This document shows positions 35,674 through 46,402 of a stretch of DNA of 58,008 nt, in pieces; position 1 is the stretch's first letter; each line of letters opens with the position of its first letter. A program made the position numbers and the translations under genes. The notes under the pieces are model-generated. The model was not told the DNA's origin and did not search any database. It worked only from the letters and a program-made list of their open reading frames with translations. Source of the DNA: Wenzhouxiangella sp. (lineage in GTDB: Bacteria; Pseudomonadota; Gammaproteobacteria; Xanthomonadales; Wenzhouxiangellaceae); NCBI GenBank assembly GCA_007123575.1, contig SKKV01000141.1:1-58008 (forward strand). Reading direction: 5' to 3'.

Positions 35674-36543
35674 ATGAGCATTACCGCAGCACAAGTCAAG
35701 GAACTCCGCGAGCGCACCGGCGCTGGCATGATGGAGTGCAAGAAGGCGCTGGTCGAAACCGGCGGCGATCTGGATGCCGCCATCGAACACCTGCGCAAGT
35801 CGGGCCTGGCCAAGGCCGACAAGAAGGCTGGCCGGGTGGCCGCCGAAGGCACCGTGGTCCATGCCTCCGAGGGCAGCCGCGCCGTGCTGGTCGAAATCAA
35901 CTGTGAAACCGATTTCGTGGCCAAAGACGATAACTTCCGCGGCTTTGCCGAGGAAGTCGCCACCCTGGCCCTGGCCGCCGACAGCGTCGAGGCAATCAAT
36001 GCAGCTACCATGGCCAACGGCGCCAGCGTGGAAGAAACTCGCCAGCAGCTCGTTGCCAAGATCGGCGAAAACGTCCAGGTGCGTCGATTGAATCACCTGG
36101 ATGCCGGCAACGGCGTGGTTGGCAGCTACATTCATGGCGGTCGCATCGGCGTGATGGTGTCGCTGGAAGGCGGTGACGAAGATCTGGCCCGCGATATCGC
36201 CATGCACGTGGCCGCGCTGAATCCGGCCTATCGCGACGCTGAAGATGTGCCGCAGGAAGTGCTGGCCAAGGAAAAGGAAATCCTGGTCGCCCAGGCCGCC
36301 GACAGCGGCAAGCCGGCCGACATCATTGAAAAGATGGTCAGCGGCCGCCTCAACAAGCACCTGGCGGAAATCACCCTCACCGGCCAGCCTTTCGTCAAGG
36401 ACGGCGACATCACCGTCGGCAAGCTGCTCAAGAGCAAGGGTGCCAAGGTGACCGCGTTTGTCCGGATCGAAGTCGGCGAAGGCATCGAGAAAGAAGAAAC
36501 CGATTTCGCCGCCGAGGTCATGCAGCAGGCGCGCGGCGGTTAA
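35674..36543 (+). CDS. tsf: Translation elongation factor Ts
   Basis: [30 protein letters not shown]. Confidence 0.98.
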   Translation: MSITAAQVKELRERTGAGMMECKKALVETGGDLDAAIEHLRKSGLAKADKKAGRVAAEGTVVHASEGSRAVLVEINCETDFVAKDDNFRGFAEEVATLALAADSVEAINAATMANGASVEETRQQLVAKIGENVQVRRLNHLDAGNGVVGSYIHGGRIGVMVSLEGGDEDLARDIAMHVAALNPAYRDAEDVPQEVLAKEKEILVAQAADSGKPADIIEKMVSGRLNKHLAEITLTGQPFVKDGDITVGKLLKSKGAKVTAFVRIEVGEGIEKEETDFAAEVMQQARGG

Positions 36544-36581
36544 GTTGCTGCCTGCTTGACCAGACTAGGGAGAACGATGCC

Positions 36582-37295
36582 GTGAGCCAGCCAGCTTGTC
36601 GACGCATACTGCTTAAAGTCAGCGGGGAAGCGCTGCTTGGTGAGCTGGATTACGGTATCGACCCCAAGGTGAGCTCGCGCATTGCGCGCGAGGTGGCCGC
36701 CGTGGTCAACGCCGGTGTCCAGATTGGCATCGTGATCGGCGGCGGCAACATTTTCCGCGGCAAGGGCCTGGCGGCCTCCGGCATCGACCGCATTACCGGC
36801 GATCATATGGGCATGCTGGCCACGGTAATGAACGCGCTCGGCCTGCAAGACGCGCTCGAGCGGGCCGGGGTAACAACGCGGGTAATGTCGGCGATCTCGG
36901 TGCGCGAGGTCTGTGAAGACTACATTCGCCGCCGCGCCATTCGCCACCTGGAAAAGGAGCGGGCGGTGATTTTCGCCGCCGGCACCGGCAACCCGTTTTT
37001 CACCACCGATACCGCGGCCGCGCTGCGCGCCATCGAAATCGGTGCCGACCTGATGATCAAGGCCACCATGGTCGACGGCATCTACTCGGCCGACCCGAAG
37101 ACCAACCCGGATGCAGTGCGCTACGATCGAATCAGCTATGACGAAGTCATCGAGCGCAAGCTGGCAGTGATGGACACCAACGCCATCGTCCTGTGCCGCG
37201 ACCAGTCGATGCCGATCCGCATCGTCGACTTGAATCGCCCCGGCGAGCTGGATCGCCTGATCCAGGGCGAGAATGTCGGCACGCTGGTGAGCTGA
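36582..37295 (+). CDS. pyrH: UMP kinase
   Basis: [38 protein letters not shown]. Confidence 0.98.
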   Translation: MSQPACRRILLKVSGEALLGELDYGIDPKVSSRIAREVAAVVNAGVQIGIVIGGGNIFRGKGLAASGIDRITGDHMGMLATVMNALGLQDALERAGVTTRVMSAISVREVCEDYIRRRAIRHLEKERAVIFAAGTGNPFFTTDTAAALRAIEIGADLMIKATMVDGIYSADPKTNPDAVRYDRISYDEVIERKLAVMDTNAIVLCRDQSMPIRIVDLNRPGELDRLIQGENVGTLVS

Positions 37296-37364
37296 TGCAG
37301 CCGACGCCGCGCGGGGATACAATGCGCGGCTTGAAAACACAACAGGCCAGTGCAGGACAAGACC

Positions 37365-37922
37365 ATGCTCAACGACATCAAGAAAGACGCTGACTCGCGG
37401 ATGGCCAAAAGCGTTGCCGCGCTCAAGACCGAACTGGCCAAGATCCGCACCGGCCGCGCTCACCCCAGCCTGCTGGAACACATCACCGTGGAGTACTACG
37501 GCACCGAAGTGCCGCTGAGCCAGGCTGCCAACCTGTCGGTAGAAGATGCGCGAACGCTCAGCGTGGTGCCCTTCGACAAGTCGATGGTGCAAAAAGTCGA
37601 AAAGGCCATCATGACCTCTGACCTGGGGCTCAACCCCGCCACCGCCGGCACCAACATTCGCGTACCGCTGCCTGCCCTGACCGAAGAGCGGCGCACCGAA
37701 TTGACCAAGGTGGTTCATGCCGAAGGCGAACAGGCCAAGGTGGCAGTACGCAATATCCGCCGCGATGCCAACCACCAGCTCAAGGACTTTCTGAAGGAAA
37801 AAGAGCTGACCGAGGACGACGTCCGCAAGGGGGAAACCCTGGTCCAGCAGCTCACCGACCGCTATGTCGGGGAAATTGACCAATTGGTCGATGCCAAATG
37901 CCGGGAGCTGATGGAAATCTGA
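37365..37922 (+). CDS. frr: Ribosome recycling factor
   Basis: [33 protein letters not shown]. Confidence 0.98.
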   Translation: MLNDIKKDADSRMAKSVAALKTELAKIRTGRAHPSLLEHITVEYYGTEVPLSQAANLSVEDARTLSVVPFDKSMVQKVEKAIMTSDLGLNPATAGTNIRVPLPALTEERRTELTKVVHAEGEQAKVAVRNIRRDANHQLKDFLKEKELTEDDVRKGETLVQQLTDRYVGEIDQLVDAKCRELMEI

Positions 37923-37926
37923 GACG

Positions 37927-38655
37927 GTGATTCCGATCTCTCCGCTACCGCAGCACGTTGCCATTGTCATGGATGGCAACGGGCGCTGGGCCCAACGCCA
38001 GGGCAAACCTCGCTCTGAAGGTCATCGAGCCGGCAGCGAGGCGCTGCGACGCGCGGTTGAAGCCATTCTCGAGCGCGGCATCCCCTATCTGACCGTCTAC
38101 GCCTTCTCGTCGGAAAACTGGAGCCGGCCAACGGTCGAGGTGAAACAGCTCCTGGATCTGTTCATGAAAGCCTTGACCAAGGACATTCGTGAACTGGATG
38201 AGCACGGCGTCCAGGTCTGCTTCATTGGCGACCGCGAGGCGTTCAACCGACCGCTGCGCGACGGCATGCGCCGGGCCGAGCGACGCACGGCTGGCAACAA
38301 CAAGCTACGCCTGAACGTCGCTGTCAACTACGGTGGCCGCGCCGACCTGACTCGGGCAGCACGGCAGCTGGCGACGAAGGTCAAGCAGGGCGAACTGCAT
38401 CCGGACCAGATCGACCAGGTCCTGTTCGGCCGCGAACTGTTCATGAGCGACATTCCGGAGCCGGATCTCTTGATTCGTACCGGCGGCGAAAAGCGCCTGT
38501 CCAACTTCTTGCTCTGGCAGCTGGCCTACACCGAGCTGCACTTTTCCGACGTGCTGTGGCCGGACTTCAGCGCCGAGCATGTCACCGCGGCCCTGAAGGA
38601 TTTCGCCTCCCGCGAACGCCGTTTCGGCGGGCTTGGCCAGGTGCAGAATGCTTAA
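37927..38655 (+). CDS. uppS: Undecaprenyl diphosphate synthase
   Basis: HVAIVMDGNGRWA, FSSENWSRP, YGGR, DLLIRTGGEKRLSNFLLWQ. Confidence 0.97.
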   Translation: MIPISPLPQHVAIVMDGNGRWAQRQGKPRSEGHRAGSEALRRAVEAILERGIPYLTVYAFSSENWSRPTVEVKQLLDLFMKALTKDIRELDEHGVQVCFIGDREAFNRPLRDGMRRAERRTAGNNKLRLNVAVNYGGRADLTRAARQLATKVKQGELHPDQIDQVLFGRELFMSDIPEPDLLIRTGGEKRLSNFLLWQLAYTELHFSDVLWPDFSAEHVTAALKDFASRERRFGGLGQVQNA

Positions 38656-39460
38656 AACCCGCATCATCACGGCGCTCATCATTACCTCGATCGGACTGGC
38701 CGCCGTCTTCCTGCTGCCAGCGCAGGCCTTTGCCGCCTTTGCCGTATTGATCCTGCTGGTCCTGGGCGGCTGGGAAGGCGCTCGCCTCGGCGGCCTGGAC
38801 CAGCCCTGGCCGCGCGCCCTGTACACGGGCGCGCTGGTTTCGATCGGGGCCCTGGTTTACTGGCTGCAGGCACCGGGACAAATCGTTGTCTGGCTGCTGC
38901 CCGGCTGCCTGGCCTGGGTTGGCTTTCTGCTCTGGCTATCGCGTCCCGCACTTGGCGCTGCCCCCCGATTGCTCAATCAAGCCATCAAGTTGCTGGTCGT
39001 GGCCATGATCCTGCTGACCGGCTGGCTGGCCCTGGTCTGGCTGCAGTCGGTCTCACCCTGGCTGGTGCTGATGCTGCTGATTATCATCGCTGCCGCCGAC
39101 GTCGGCGCCTACTTCACCGGCCGCACCGTGGGCGGGCCCAAGCTGGCCCCGTCGATCAGCCCGGGCAAGACCCGTTCCGGCGCCGTCGGCGGGCTGCTGG
39201 CGGCCATGCTGGCCACCGGCGTTGCTTCCTTGTTCCTTCCGGACAGCCCCTTTGGACCGTTGATGGCCGGGCTGTTGGCCCTGGGTCTGGCGGCAATTTC
39301 GATCGGCGGTGATCTGTTTGTCAGCCTGCTCAAGCGCCAGCGCCAGCTCAAGGACACCTCGGACCTGCTGCCAGGCCACGGCGGCATCCTTGATCGCTTC
39401 GACAGCATCGGTGCTGCCGCACCCATGTTTGCGCTGGCCGTCGCCGTCCTGGGGCAGTGA
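38648..39460 (+). CDS. cdsA: Phosphatidate cytidylyltransferase
   Basis: ADVGAYFTGR, KLAPSISPGKT, KDTSDLLPGHGGILDRFDS. Confidence 0.96.
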   Translation: MLKTRIITALIITSIGLAAVFLLPAQAFAAFAVLILLVLGGWEGARLGGLDQPWPRALYTGALVSIGALVYWLQAPGQIVVWLLPGCLAWVGFLLWLSRPALGAAPRLLNQAIKLLVVAMILLTGWLALVWLQSVSPWLVLMLLIIIAAADVGAYFTGRTVGGPKLAPSISPGKTRSGAVGGLLAAMLATGVASLFLPDSPFGPLMAGLLALGLAAISIGGDLFVSLLKRQRQLKDTSDLLPGHGGILDRFDSIGAAAPMFALAVAVLGQ

Positions 39461-39468
39461 GGAACCAA

Positions 39469-39540
39469 ATGGAGCCAATACTGCCGATAACAAGGATGGC
39501 AGCGCACCCGCGCGCCGCCGGACTGCTTTTACCTGACTGA
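39469..39540 (+). CDS. Possible 23-aa small ORF in the vacated dxr slot
   Basis: GAGGA 5 nt before ATG; MEPILPITRMAAHPRAAGLLLPD*; stop 2 nt before rseP ATG; no homology recognised. Confidence 0.2.
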   Translation: MEPILPITRMAAHPRAAGLLLPD

Positions 39541-39542
39541 TC

Positions 39543-40913
39543 ATGGAAATTCTCGGTCCCATCATCTGGTTAATCGTGGCCCTCGGCCTGCTGGTGACCT
39601 TTCACGAGTTCGGGCACTACTGGGTTGCGCGGCGCTGCGGCGTGCGCGTGCTCAGGTTTTCCGTGGGTTTCGGTCGGGCGCTGTGGTCGCGCACCGCCGC
39701 CGACGGCACCGAATACCGTGTTGCTGCCATTCCACTGGGCGGCTACGTCAAGATGCTCGACGAACGCGAAACCCCGGTGCCGCCAGATCAGCGCGACCAG
39801 GCTTTCAACCGCAAGCCGGTGGGCCAGCGCATCGCGATTGTCGCCGCCGGCCCGATTTTCAACCTGATTTTCGCCGTCGCCGCCTTTTGGCTGATGTTCG
39901 TGGTCGGCATTCCCGAAACCCGACCCGTGCTGGGCCCCACCACCGGCATGGCCGCCGAAGCTGGTCTGCAGGAAAATGACCTGATCGTGCGCATCGACCA
40001 GCGTCGGGTAGAAACCTGGACCCACACCCTGCTCGGCCTGATACCGCCGGCCCTGGACCGGCGCGCAGTCAGTCTCGAGGTGGAAAGTCTTGACGGACAG
40101 CGTCGCGAAGTGCGGCTGCCGCTCGACCGGGTCAGCGCCGCCTACAGCGAAGAAAACACCCTCGACTACCTGGGTCTGACGCCGTGGCGGGCCGACCTGC
40201 CATCGCGTATTGGCAGTGTAGCTGCCAGCAGTCCGGCCGAAGCCGCCGGTCTGCGCTCAGGCGACTTGATCGTGTCGATCGATGAACAGCCGGTGTCGGG
40301 CTGGCAGGATATCGCCACCCTGATTCCGCGCCTGGCCGCCAGCGATGACGGCCAGACCCGCTCGCTTGAGGTGCAAGTCGAGCGCGACGGTCGCCTGCTG
40401 GATTTCCAGCTGCGCCCAGAAGTGCAGGATGGACGCCCCATCATTGGCATCCAGGCACCGGAGCCGGGGCCGGAACTGCAGGCGGAGTTCGATCGGACCT
40501 TCACCCTGGTCCGGCACGGCCCGATCCAGGCACTGGGAGAGGCCACCAGCGAGTCGTGGCGACTGACCACGGCCACGCTCGGCATTCTCGGTCGGATGAT
40601 TACCGGCAAGGCATCGCTGAGCAACCTGTCAGGGCCGATCACCATTGCCCAGATGGCGCACAGCTCGGCCCGCCTCGGCCTGTCGCGCTTCCTGTTCTTT
40701 CTCGGGCTGATCAGCCTGTCGCTGGCGATTATCAATCTGCTGCCTATCCCGATGCTCGACGGCGGTCATTTGATGTATTACTTCGCCGAAATCATCAAGG
40801 GTTCTCCGGTTTCCGAGCAAACCCAGGTCATTGGCCAGTATATTGGTCTGCTGATGGTATTCGGGCTGATGAGCCTGGCCATATTTAACGATATATTACG
40901 ACTGATCACATAA
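39543..40913 (+). CDS. rseP: Regulated intramembrane metalloprotease RseP
   Basis: HEFGH, FSVGFG, PLGGYVKM, two PDZ domains, NLLPIPMLDGGH. Confidence 0.97.
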   Translation: MEILGPIIWLIVALGLLVTFHEFGHYWVARRCGVRVLRFSVGFGRALWSRTAADGTEYRVAAIPLGGYVKMLDERETPVPPDQRDQAFNRKPVGQRIAIVAAGPIFNLIFAVAAFWLMFVVGIPETRPVLGPTTGMAAEAGLQENDLIVRIDQRRVETWTHTLLGLIPPALDRRAVSLEVESLDGQRREVRLPLDRVSAAYSEENTLDYLGLTPWRADLPSRIGSVAASSPAEAAGLRSGDLIVSIDEQPVSGWQDIATLIPRLAASDDGQTRSLEVQVERDGRLLDFQLRPEVQDGRPIIGIQAPEPGPELQAEFDRTFTLVRHGPIQALGEATSESWRLTTATLGILGRMITGKASLSNLSGPITIAQMAHSSARLGLSRFLFFLGLISLSLAIINLLPIPMLDGGHLMYYFAEIIKGSPVSEQTQVIGQYIGLLMVFGLMSLAIFNDILRLIT

Positions 40914-40967
40914 ACTCCGGCGGTTCGGCTCCACCCCGAGCCCGTCAGACTGAACTCAAGGTTTTTC

Positions 40968-43424
40968 ATGAAAAGATTGTGCCTGCTTCTGCTGCTGGTT
41001 CTGCCGCTTGGCCAGGTCGCCGCCGAAACGTTTCAAATTACCGATATCCGGGTTGATGGATTGCAGCGCATCTCGGAAGGAACCGTGTTCAGTTTCATTC
41101 CGGTCGAAGTCGGCGATACGCTGACTCCATCGCTGTCGCGAGGCACCATCCGCGATCTGTATCGAACCGGCTTTTTCGATGACATCAGCCTGGCCCGGGA
41201 AAACGGCGTGCTGGTGATTTCTGTCACTGAAAGACCGGCCATCTCGGCAATCAGCATTTCCGGCAACCGCCAAATCAAGACCGACGATTTGATGCCGGCG
41301 CTGGCCAGCATTGGCATCGCTGAAGGCGAGATTTTCAACCAGCTCGAACTCGATCGCGTCCACCAGGAGCTGGTTCGCCAGTACCACGCTCGCGGCTACT
41401 ACGCGGTCGACGTTGACGCCAACGTATCGCGGCTGGCTCGCAACCGCGTCAATCTGTCGATCGTGGTTTCCGAAGGCAAGCAGGCCCGCATCCGACACAT
41501 CAACATTGTTGGCAACGAGAGCTTCAGCGAACGCGAACTGCGTTCGGACTTCGAATCGCACACCACCCGCGGCCTGGCATTCTGGCGAGGCCGCAACCAG
41601 TACACGCGCGAAAAAGTATCCGGCGACCTGGAAGTGCTGCGTTCTTTCTACCTCGATCGCGGCTATATCGACTTTGCGATTGAGTCCACGCAGGTGTCGA
41701 TCAGCCCGGACAAGCAGGACATCTTCATCACCGCCAACATTCGTGAAGGCGAGGTGTTTTCGGTCAGCGACGTGCAAATCACCGGCGACCTGGTGTTGCC
41801 CGAGGAGACGCTGCGCCGTCTGATCCAGATCGAGCCGGGCGATACCTTCTCGCGCCGCCAGCTGGAGCAATCGCGTGACAACATCTCGGCCCTGCTGGCG
41901 AACATCGGCTATGCGTTTGCCAACATCAACCCGGTGCCGCGCGTTGACCGGGAAACCCAGCAGGTTGAAATCACGTTCTTTATTGAACCCGGCCAGCGCG
42001 TTTATGTGCGCCGCATCCAGTTCCGCGGCAACACCCAGACCAAGGACGAAGTGCTGCGCCGCGAAATGCGTCAGTTCGAAGGCGCCTGGTTTTCACAAAT
42101 AGCCCTGGACCGGTCCCGGCTTCGTCTGCAGCGTCTGGGCTTTTTCGACAACGTCAACATCGAAACCCAGCCGGTGGATGGTACTGACGATCAGGTCGAT
42201 ATCGTGGTCAACGTTGAAGAAGTGCCGTCCGGCAGTTTCCAGATCGGTATCGGCTACTCGCAGTTCCAAGGCATCATTGCCACGATTGCCGTGGAACAGG
42301 ACAACTTCCTGGGTACCGGTCGACGGGTCGGCTTTTCGGTCCAGCGCAGCCGCTTCATCACCCAGGCCGGGATCAATTACACCAACCCCTACTGGACCGA
42401 TGCCGGCGTGTCGCGCGGATTCTTTCTGCGCTATACCGAATTCGACACCCTGGGTCGGAGCAGCAATGTCGCACGCTTCTCAACCAGCCAAGCGGCCGGT
42501 GGGGTCAATATCGGCTTCCCGGTGACCGAGCTGAACTTCGTGCGCTTTGGTGCATCGGTTCAGCGCCAGGACATCAACCTGCCGGGCGACATCGTACCCG
42601 TCGATCCGGATGATCCTGACGCTGGCTTCAGATTCATCATACCTGCCACTCGGCCCCTGGGCATCGCTCTGGACGAGGACGGTGACGGTGAGCTGTCGCG
42701 CAGCGAGCGACGCGTGCTGAGCTATCGCCTTGACGCGACCTGGTCACGCGACAGCCGCGACAGTATCCTCAACCCCAGGCGAGGGTCATTGAACCGGCTG
42801 TCGGCCGAAGTGTCCTTGCCGGGCAGTACGCGCGAGTTCTACAAGGTCAACTATCGTCTGCGCAAGTACTGGCCCATTGGCCAGCGCATGGCCTTTGGCA
42901 TCCGCGGGGACTTGAGCTACGGTGATTCCTTCGACAGCCACGATGAGGATCTGGGGCTGGAAGAAGTGCCGCTGACCGACGTACTTTCGCCGGAACAGAT
43001 CGCTTCGCTTCGCTGTCCGCCTGATGAAGTCGTCACTTCCGATACCGGCCTGCCATTTTACGAGCACTTTCTGGGCGGTGGCGTCAATGACATCCGGGGC
43101 TTCGACGACAACTCTCTCGGACCGAAGGACTTCAGCTGCCGCTCCATTGGCGGATCTTTCAAGGTGATAGGAGGCATTGAGGTGGCTTTCCCGATCCCGT
43201 TCGTGGAGGCGCGCGGCACGCGCTTGACCTGGTTTGTCGACGCCGGCAACGTCTACCGTGATCTGGATGACTTCGACGCCAGCCGACTGCGCGCCTCCAC
43301 CGGCCTGTCGCTGACCTGGCAGGCCCCGGTTGGCCCGATCATCATCAGCCTGTCGCAGCCGCTGCGTGAGCGTGAAGGCGACCGAACCCAGACCTTGCAG
43401 TTCACCTTTGGCGGCATGTTCTGA
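40968..43424 (+). CDS. bamA: Outer membrane protein assembly factor BamA
   Basis: Signal peptide, five POTRA domains (DIRVDGLQRIS, TKDEVLRRE), IRGF loop-6 motif, C-terminal QFTFGGMF. Confidence 0.97.
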   Translation: MKRLCLLLLLVLPLGQVAAETFQITDIRVDGLQRISEGTVFSFIPVEVGDTLTPSLSRGTIRDLYRTGFFDDISLARENGVLVISVTERPAISAISISGNRQIKTDDLMPALASIGIAEGEIFNQLELDRVHQELVRQYHARGYYAVDVDANVSRLARNRVNLSIVVSEGKQARIRHINIVGNESFSERELRSDFESHTTRGLAFWRGRNQYTREKVSGDLEVLRSFYLDRGYIDFAIESTQVSISPDKQDIFITANIREGEVFSVSDVQITGDLVLPEETLRRLIQIEPGDTFSRRQLEQSRDNISALLANIGYAFANINPVPRVDRETQQVEITFFIEPGQRVYVRRIQFRGNTQTKDEVLRREMRQFEGAWFSQIALDRSRLRLQRLGFFDNVNIETQPVDGTDDQVDIVVNVEEVPSGSFQIGIGYSQFQGIIATIAVEQDNFLGTGRRVGFSVQRSRFITQAGINYTNPYWTDAGVSRGFFLRYTEFDTLGRSSNVARFSTSQAAGGVNIGFPVTELNFVRFGASVQRQDINLPGDIVPVDPDDPDAGFRFIIPATRPLGIALDEDGDGELSRSERRVLSYRLDATWSRDSRDSILNPRRGSLNRLSAEVSLPGSTREFYKVNYRLRKYWPIGQRMAFGIRGDLSYGDSFDSHDEDLGLEEVPLTDVLSPEQIASLRCPPDEVVTSDTGLPFYEHFLGGGVNDIRGFDDNSLGPKDFSCRSIGGSFKVIGGIEVAFPIPFVEARGTRLTWFVDAGNVYRDLDDFDASRLRASTGLSLTWQAPVGPIIISLSQPLREREGDRTQTLQFTFGGMF

Positions 43425-43529
43425 TTTCGCCGCCTTGGTGACGCCGCGGCTGGTAGTCTCCTGGCTTGCCCAAGCGCGGAGCGACAACTGAATGGCAACG
43501 CCGTGCTTTTTTGGTTACTGTAGTACTCG

Positions 43530-44096
43530 ATGCGACCGCAGGCCCTGATGCATGTTGACGGTTTGACCGCCTTTGTCCGCCTGGCGGCACTGGCGGTCGC
43601 CCTGATGCTGATGTCCACTGTCCAGGCCGGCGATGGCATTCGTATCGGTTATGTCGACATGAAACGCCTGTTCGACAACGCACCCCAGGTCGTCAGGGCA
43701 CGCGAAGCGCTTGACCTTGAATTCCGCCCGCGCAACGAAGCCATCCTGGCCGATGAGTCGCGCCTGGAACGCCTGCATCGCAACCTGGCCGAGCGCCAGG
43801 ACCTGGATGCCGAGTCGCGCTTCGACATGGAGCGTGAAATTCGCAACCTCAGCCGCTCCATCGACCGCCGCCGCGAGGATTTGAGCGAAGAGCTGCGCTT
43901 TCGAACCAATGCCGAGAAAAAGGCGCTGGAGGAAACGGTAGAAGTCGCCGTCAGGCAGGTGGCCGAGGAAGGCGGCTACGACCTGGTGCTGACCAGCCCG
44001 GTGGCCTACGTATCTTCCACCATCGACATCACCGAGCGCGTGCTTGACTGGCTGGAACAAGACTTCCTGGCCCAGGACAACCGCAACCGACGCTGA
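43530..44096 (+). CDS. skp: Periplasmic chaperone Skp/OmpH
   Basis: Signal peptide, IGYVDM, coiled coil, YDLVL...DIT..VL; syntenic after bamA. Confidence 0.9.
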   Translation: MRPQALMHVDGLTAFVRLAALAVALMLMSTVQAGDGIRIGYVDMKRLFDNAPQVVRAREALDLEFRPRNEAILADESRLERLHRNLAERQDLDAESRFDMEREIRNLSRSIDRRREDLSEELRFRTNAEKKALEETVEVAVRQVAEEGGYDLVLTSPVAYVSSTIDITERVLDWLEQDFLAQDNRNRR

Positions 44097-44098
44097 CC

Positions 44099-45169
44099 AT
44101 GCCGGCAAACCACGCCACTACCCTCGGCGCGCTGGCTCAAGCGCTGAATCTGGAACTGCACGGCCCGGCCGACTACCCGGTCTCGGGCCTGGCCACGCTG
44201 GCCAATGCCGGCCCTGAGGACATGGCCTTCCTGGCCAATCCGGCCTACGCCAGCCAGCTTGCCGCCACCCGCGCTGGCGCGGTCGTCCTGTCCGCGGGCG
44301 ACAAACACCATTGCCCGGCGCATTGCCTGGTCAGCCGCAACCCGTACGCCGACTGGGCCAGAATTGCCGAGCGCTTGCATCCGGCTGAAGTACCTGCTGC
44401 CGGCATTCACCCAACGGCGGCCATTGACCCCAGCACGCGGGTGGCCGCCAGCGCCAGTGTCGGCGCCCAGGTCAGCATCGGGCCCGACTGCGTGATCGGC
44501 GATCGCTCGGTCATCGGGCCGGGCTGCGTGATCGAGGCCGGGGCCAAGATTGGTGACGACACCAGACTGGTCGCCCAGGTGTTTATCGGCAGTCACTGTG
44601 TACTGGCCGATCGGGTGATCGTCCACCCAGGCGTTGTCATCGGTGCCGACGGCTTCGGCCTGGCTTTCGACCAGGGCCGGTGGCTGAAAGTCCCGCAGCT
44701 GGGCCGGGTTCGGATTGGCAATGACTGCGAGATCGGTGCCAACACAACGATTGATCGCGGCGCCATTGACGACACCGTGCTCGAAGAAGACGTGCGGCTG
44801 GATAACCAGGTCCAGATCGCGCACAATGTCCATATCGGGGCCCATACCGCTATCGCCGGCTGCGTTGGCATTGCAGGCTCGACTCGCATTGGCCGCTACT
44901 GCATGATTGCCGGCGCCTCGGGCATTGCCGGCCACCTGGAGATCTGCGACAAGGTGGTGATCACCGCCATGAGCACCGTCCTTGAGTCGATCAGCGAGCC
45001 AGGCCATTACGGTTCCGGCATCCCGGCCCGGCCCCAACGCCGCTGGCAGCGCCTGCTGGTGCGTCTTGGACAACTGGACGACTGGGCGCGCCGCCTCAAG
45101 CGCGTCGAGCAGGGGATTTCGAAACCAACCACAAGCGCGAAATCAAGCGCCACAACAAAAAAACAATGA
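44099..45169 (+). CDS. lpxD: UDP-3-O-(3-hydroxyacyl)glucosamine N-acyltransferase
   Basis: Hexapeptide repeats, [29 protein letters not shown]. Confidence 0.97.
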   Translation: MPANHATTLGALAQALNLELHGPADYPVSGLATLANAGPEDMAFLANPAYASQLAATRAGAVVLSAGDKHHCPAHCLVSRNPYADWARIAERLHPAEVPAAGIHPTAAIDPSTRVAASASVGAQVSIGPDCVIGDRSVIGPGCVIEAGAKIGDDTRLVAQVFIGSHCVLADRVIVHPGVVIGADGFGLAFDQGRWLKVPQLGRVRIGNDCEIGANTTIDRGAIDDTVLEEDVRLDNQVQIAHNVHIGAHTAIAGCVGIAGSTRIGRYCMIAGASGIAGHLEICDKVVITAMSTVLESISEPGHYGSGIPARPQRRWQRLLVRLGQLDDWARRLKRVEQGISKPTTSAKSSATTKKQ

Positions 45170-45633
45170 GCGAACAACCCACGATAGACATCGAAGCGAT
45201 TCTCGAGCTACTACCGCATCGCTATCCTTTTCTGCTGGTCGACCGCGTGCTCGGCTACGAGTTGGAAGCACCGCCGCGCATCCGCGCGCTGAAAAACGTG
45301 ACCATGAACGAGCCGTTTTTTCAGGGCCACTTTCCCGGCCACCCGGTCATGCCGGGCGTGCTGATCCTGGAAGCCATGGCCCAGGCCGCCGGCTGCCTGG
45401 CCCACCTCGGTCGCCAGGCCGAAGGCGCGGCCGACCAGCTTTACTATCTGGTCAAGATCGACAAGGCACGCTTTTCACGGGTGGTGACGCCGGGGGATCA
45501 GCTGATTTTCGAGGTTGAACAGAAGCGCCTGGTCCGCGGCATGGGCCTGTACGTGGCCAGCGCGTCGGTGGACGGCAAGAAGGTGGCCAGCGCTGAGCTG
45601 CTGTGCGCGGCCAGACCCAACCCGGCCGCATGA
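45166..45633 (+). CDS. fabZ: 3-hydroxyacyl-ACP dehydratase
   Basis: [37 protein letters not shown]. Confidence 0.97.
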   Translation: MSEQPTIDIEAILELLPHRYPFLLVDRVLGYELEAPPRIRALKNVTMNEPFFQGHFPGHPVMPGVLILEAMAQAAGCLAHLGRQAEGAADQLYYLVKIDKARFSRVVTPGDQLIFEVEQKRLVRGMGLYVASASVDGKKVASAELLCAARPNPAA

Positions 45634-46400
45634 TTCACCCCAGCGCCATCATCGAGGACGGCGCCCGGATTGCCGAGGATGTCAAGATCGGCGCGTTCAG
45701 CATTATCGGCCCGGCCGTCGAAATCGGCCCGGGCTGCGAGATCGGGCCGCACGTCGTCATCACCGGTCAGACCCGCCTGGGCCCTGGCAATCGCATCTTC
45801 CAGTTTGCCTCCATTGGCGAAGAGCCGCAGGACAAGAAGTATCGCGGCGAAGCCTCCGGCCTGGAGATCGGCACCAACAACACCATTCGCGAATACGTGA
45901 CGATCAACCGCGGCACCGCCGACGGTGGCGGTGTCACCCGGCTCGGCGACGACAACTGGTTGATGGCCTACTGCCATATCGCCCACGACTGCCAGGTCGG
46001 ATCGCACAACATCATGGCCAATGGCGCCACCCTGGCCGGACACGTCATTGTGGGCGACCACGTAATCTTTGCCGGCTACTCGGGCGCTCATCAATTCTGT
46101 CGCATCGGCGACCATGCCTTCCTGGGCATGTACGGTGGCGTCAGCCAGGACGTGCCAGCCTACGTAATGGTATCCGGCCAGCCGCCGCGGCCGCGTGGGG
46201 TCAACAGCGAAGGCCTGAAGCGACGCGGATTCAGCGCCGAGCAGGTGCGCAACATTCGCGAGGCCTACCGGGCCATTTACCGAAGCGGCTTGAAGCGCGA
46301 CGAAGCCCTGGCCATGCTGCGCGAGCGCCTGCCCGAGCAACCGGAGCTGGCTCCCATGGTTGATTCGGCCGCCGCCAGCGAGCGTGGGTTGCTGAGGTAA
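45630..46400 (+). CDS. lpxA: UDP-N-acetylglucosamine acyltransferase
   Basis: [42 protein letters not shown]. Confidence 0.97.
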   Translation: MIHPSAIIEDGARIAEDVKIGAFSIIGPAVEIGPGCEIGPHVVITGQTRLGPGNRIFQFASIGEEPQDKKYRGEASGLEIGTNNTIREYVTINRGTADGGGVTRLGDDNWLMAYCHIAHDCQVGSHNIMANGATLAGHVIVGDHVIFAGYSGAHQFCRIGDHAFLGMYGGVSQDVPAYVMVSGQPPRPRGVNSEGLKRRGFSAEQVRNIREAYRAIYRSGLKRDEALAMLRERLPEQPELAPMVDSAAASERGLLR

Positions 46401-46402
46401 TC

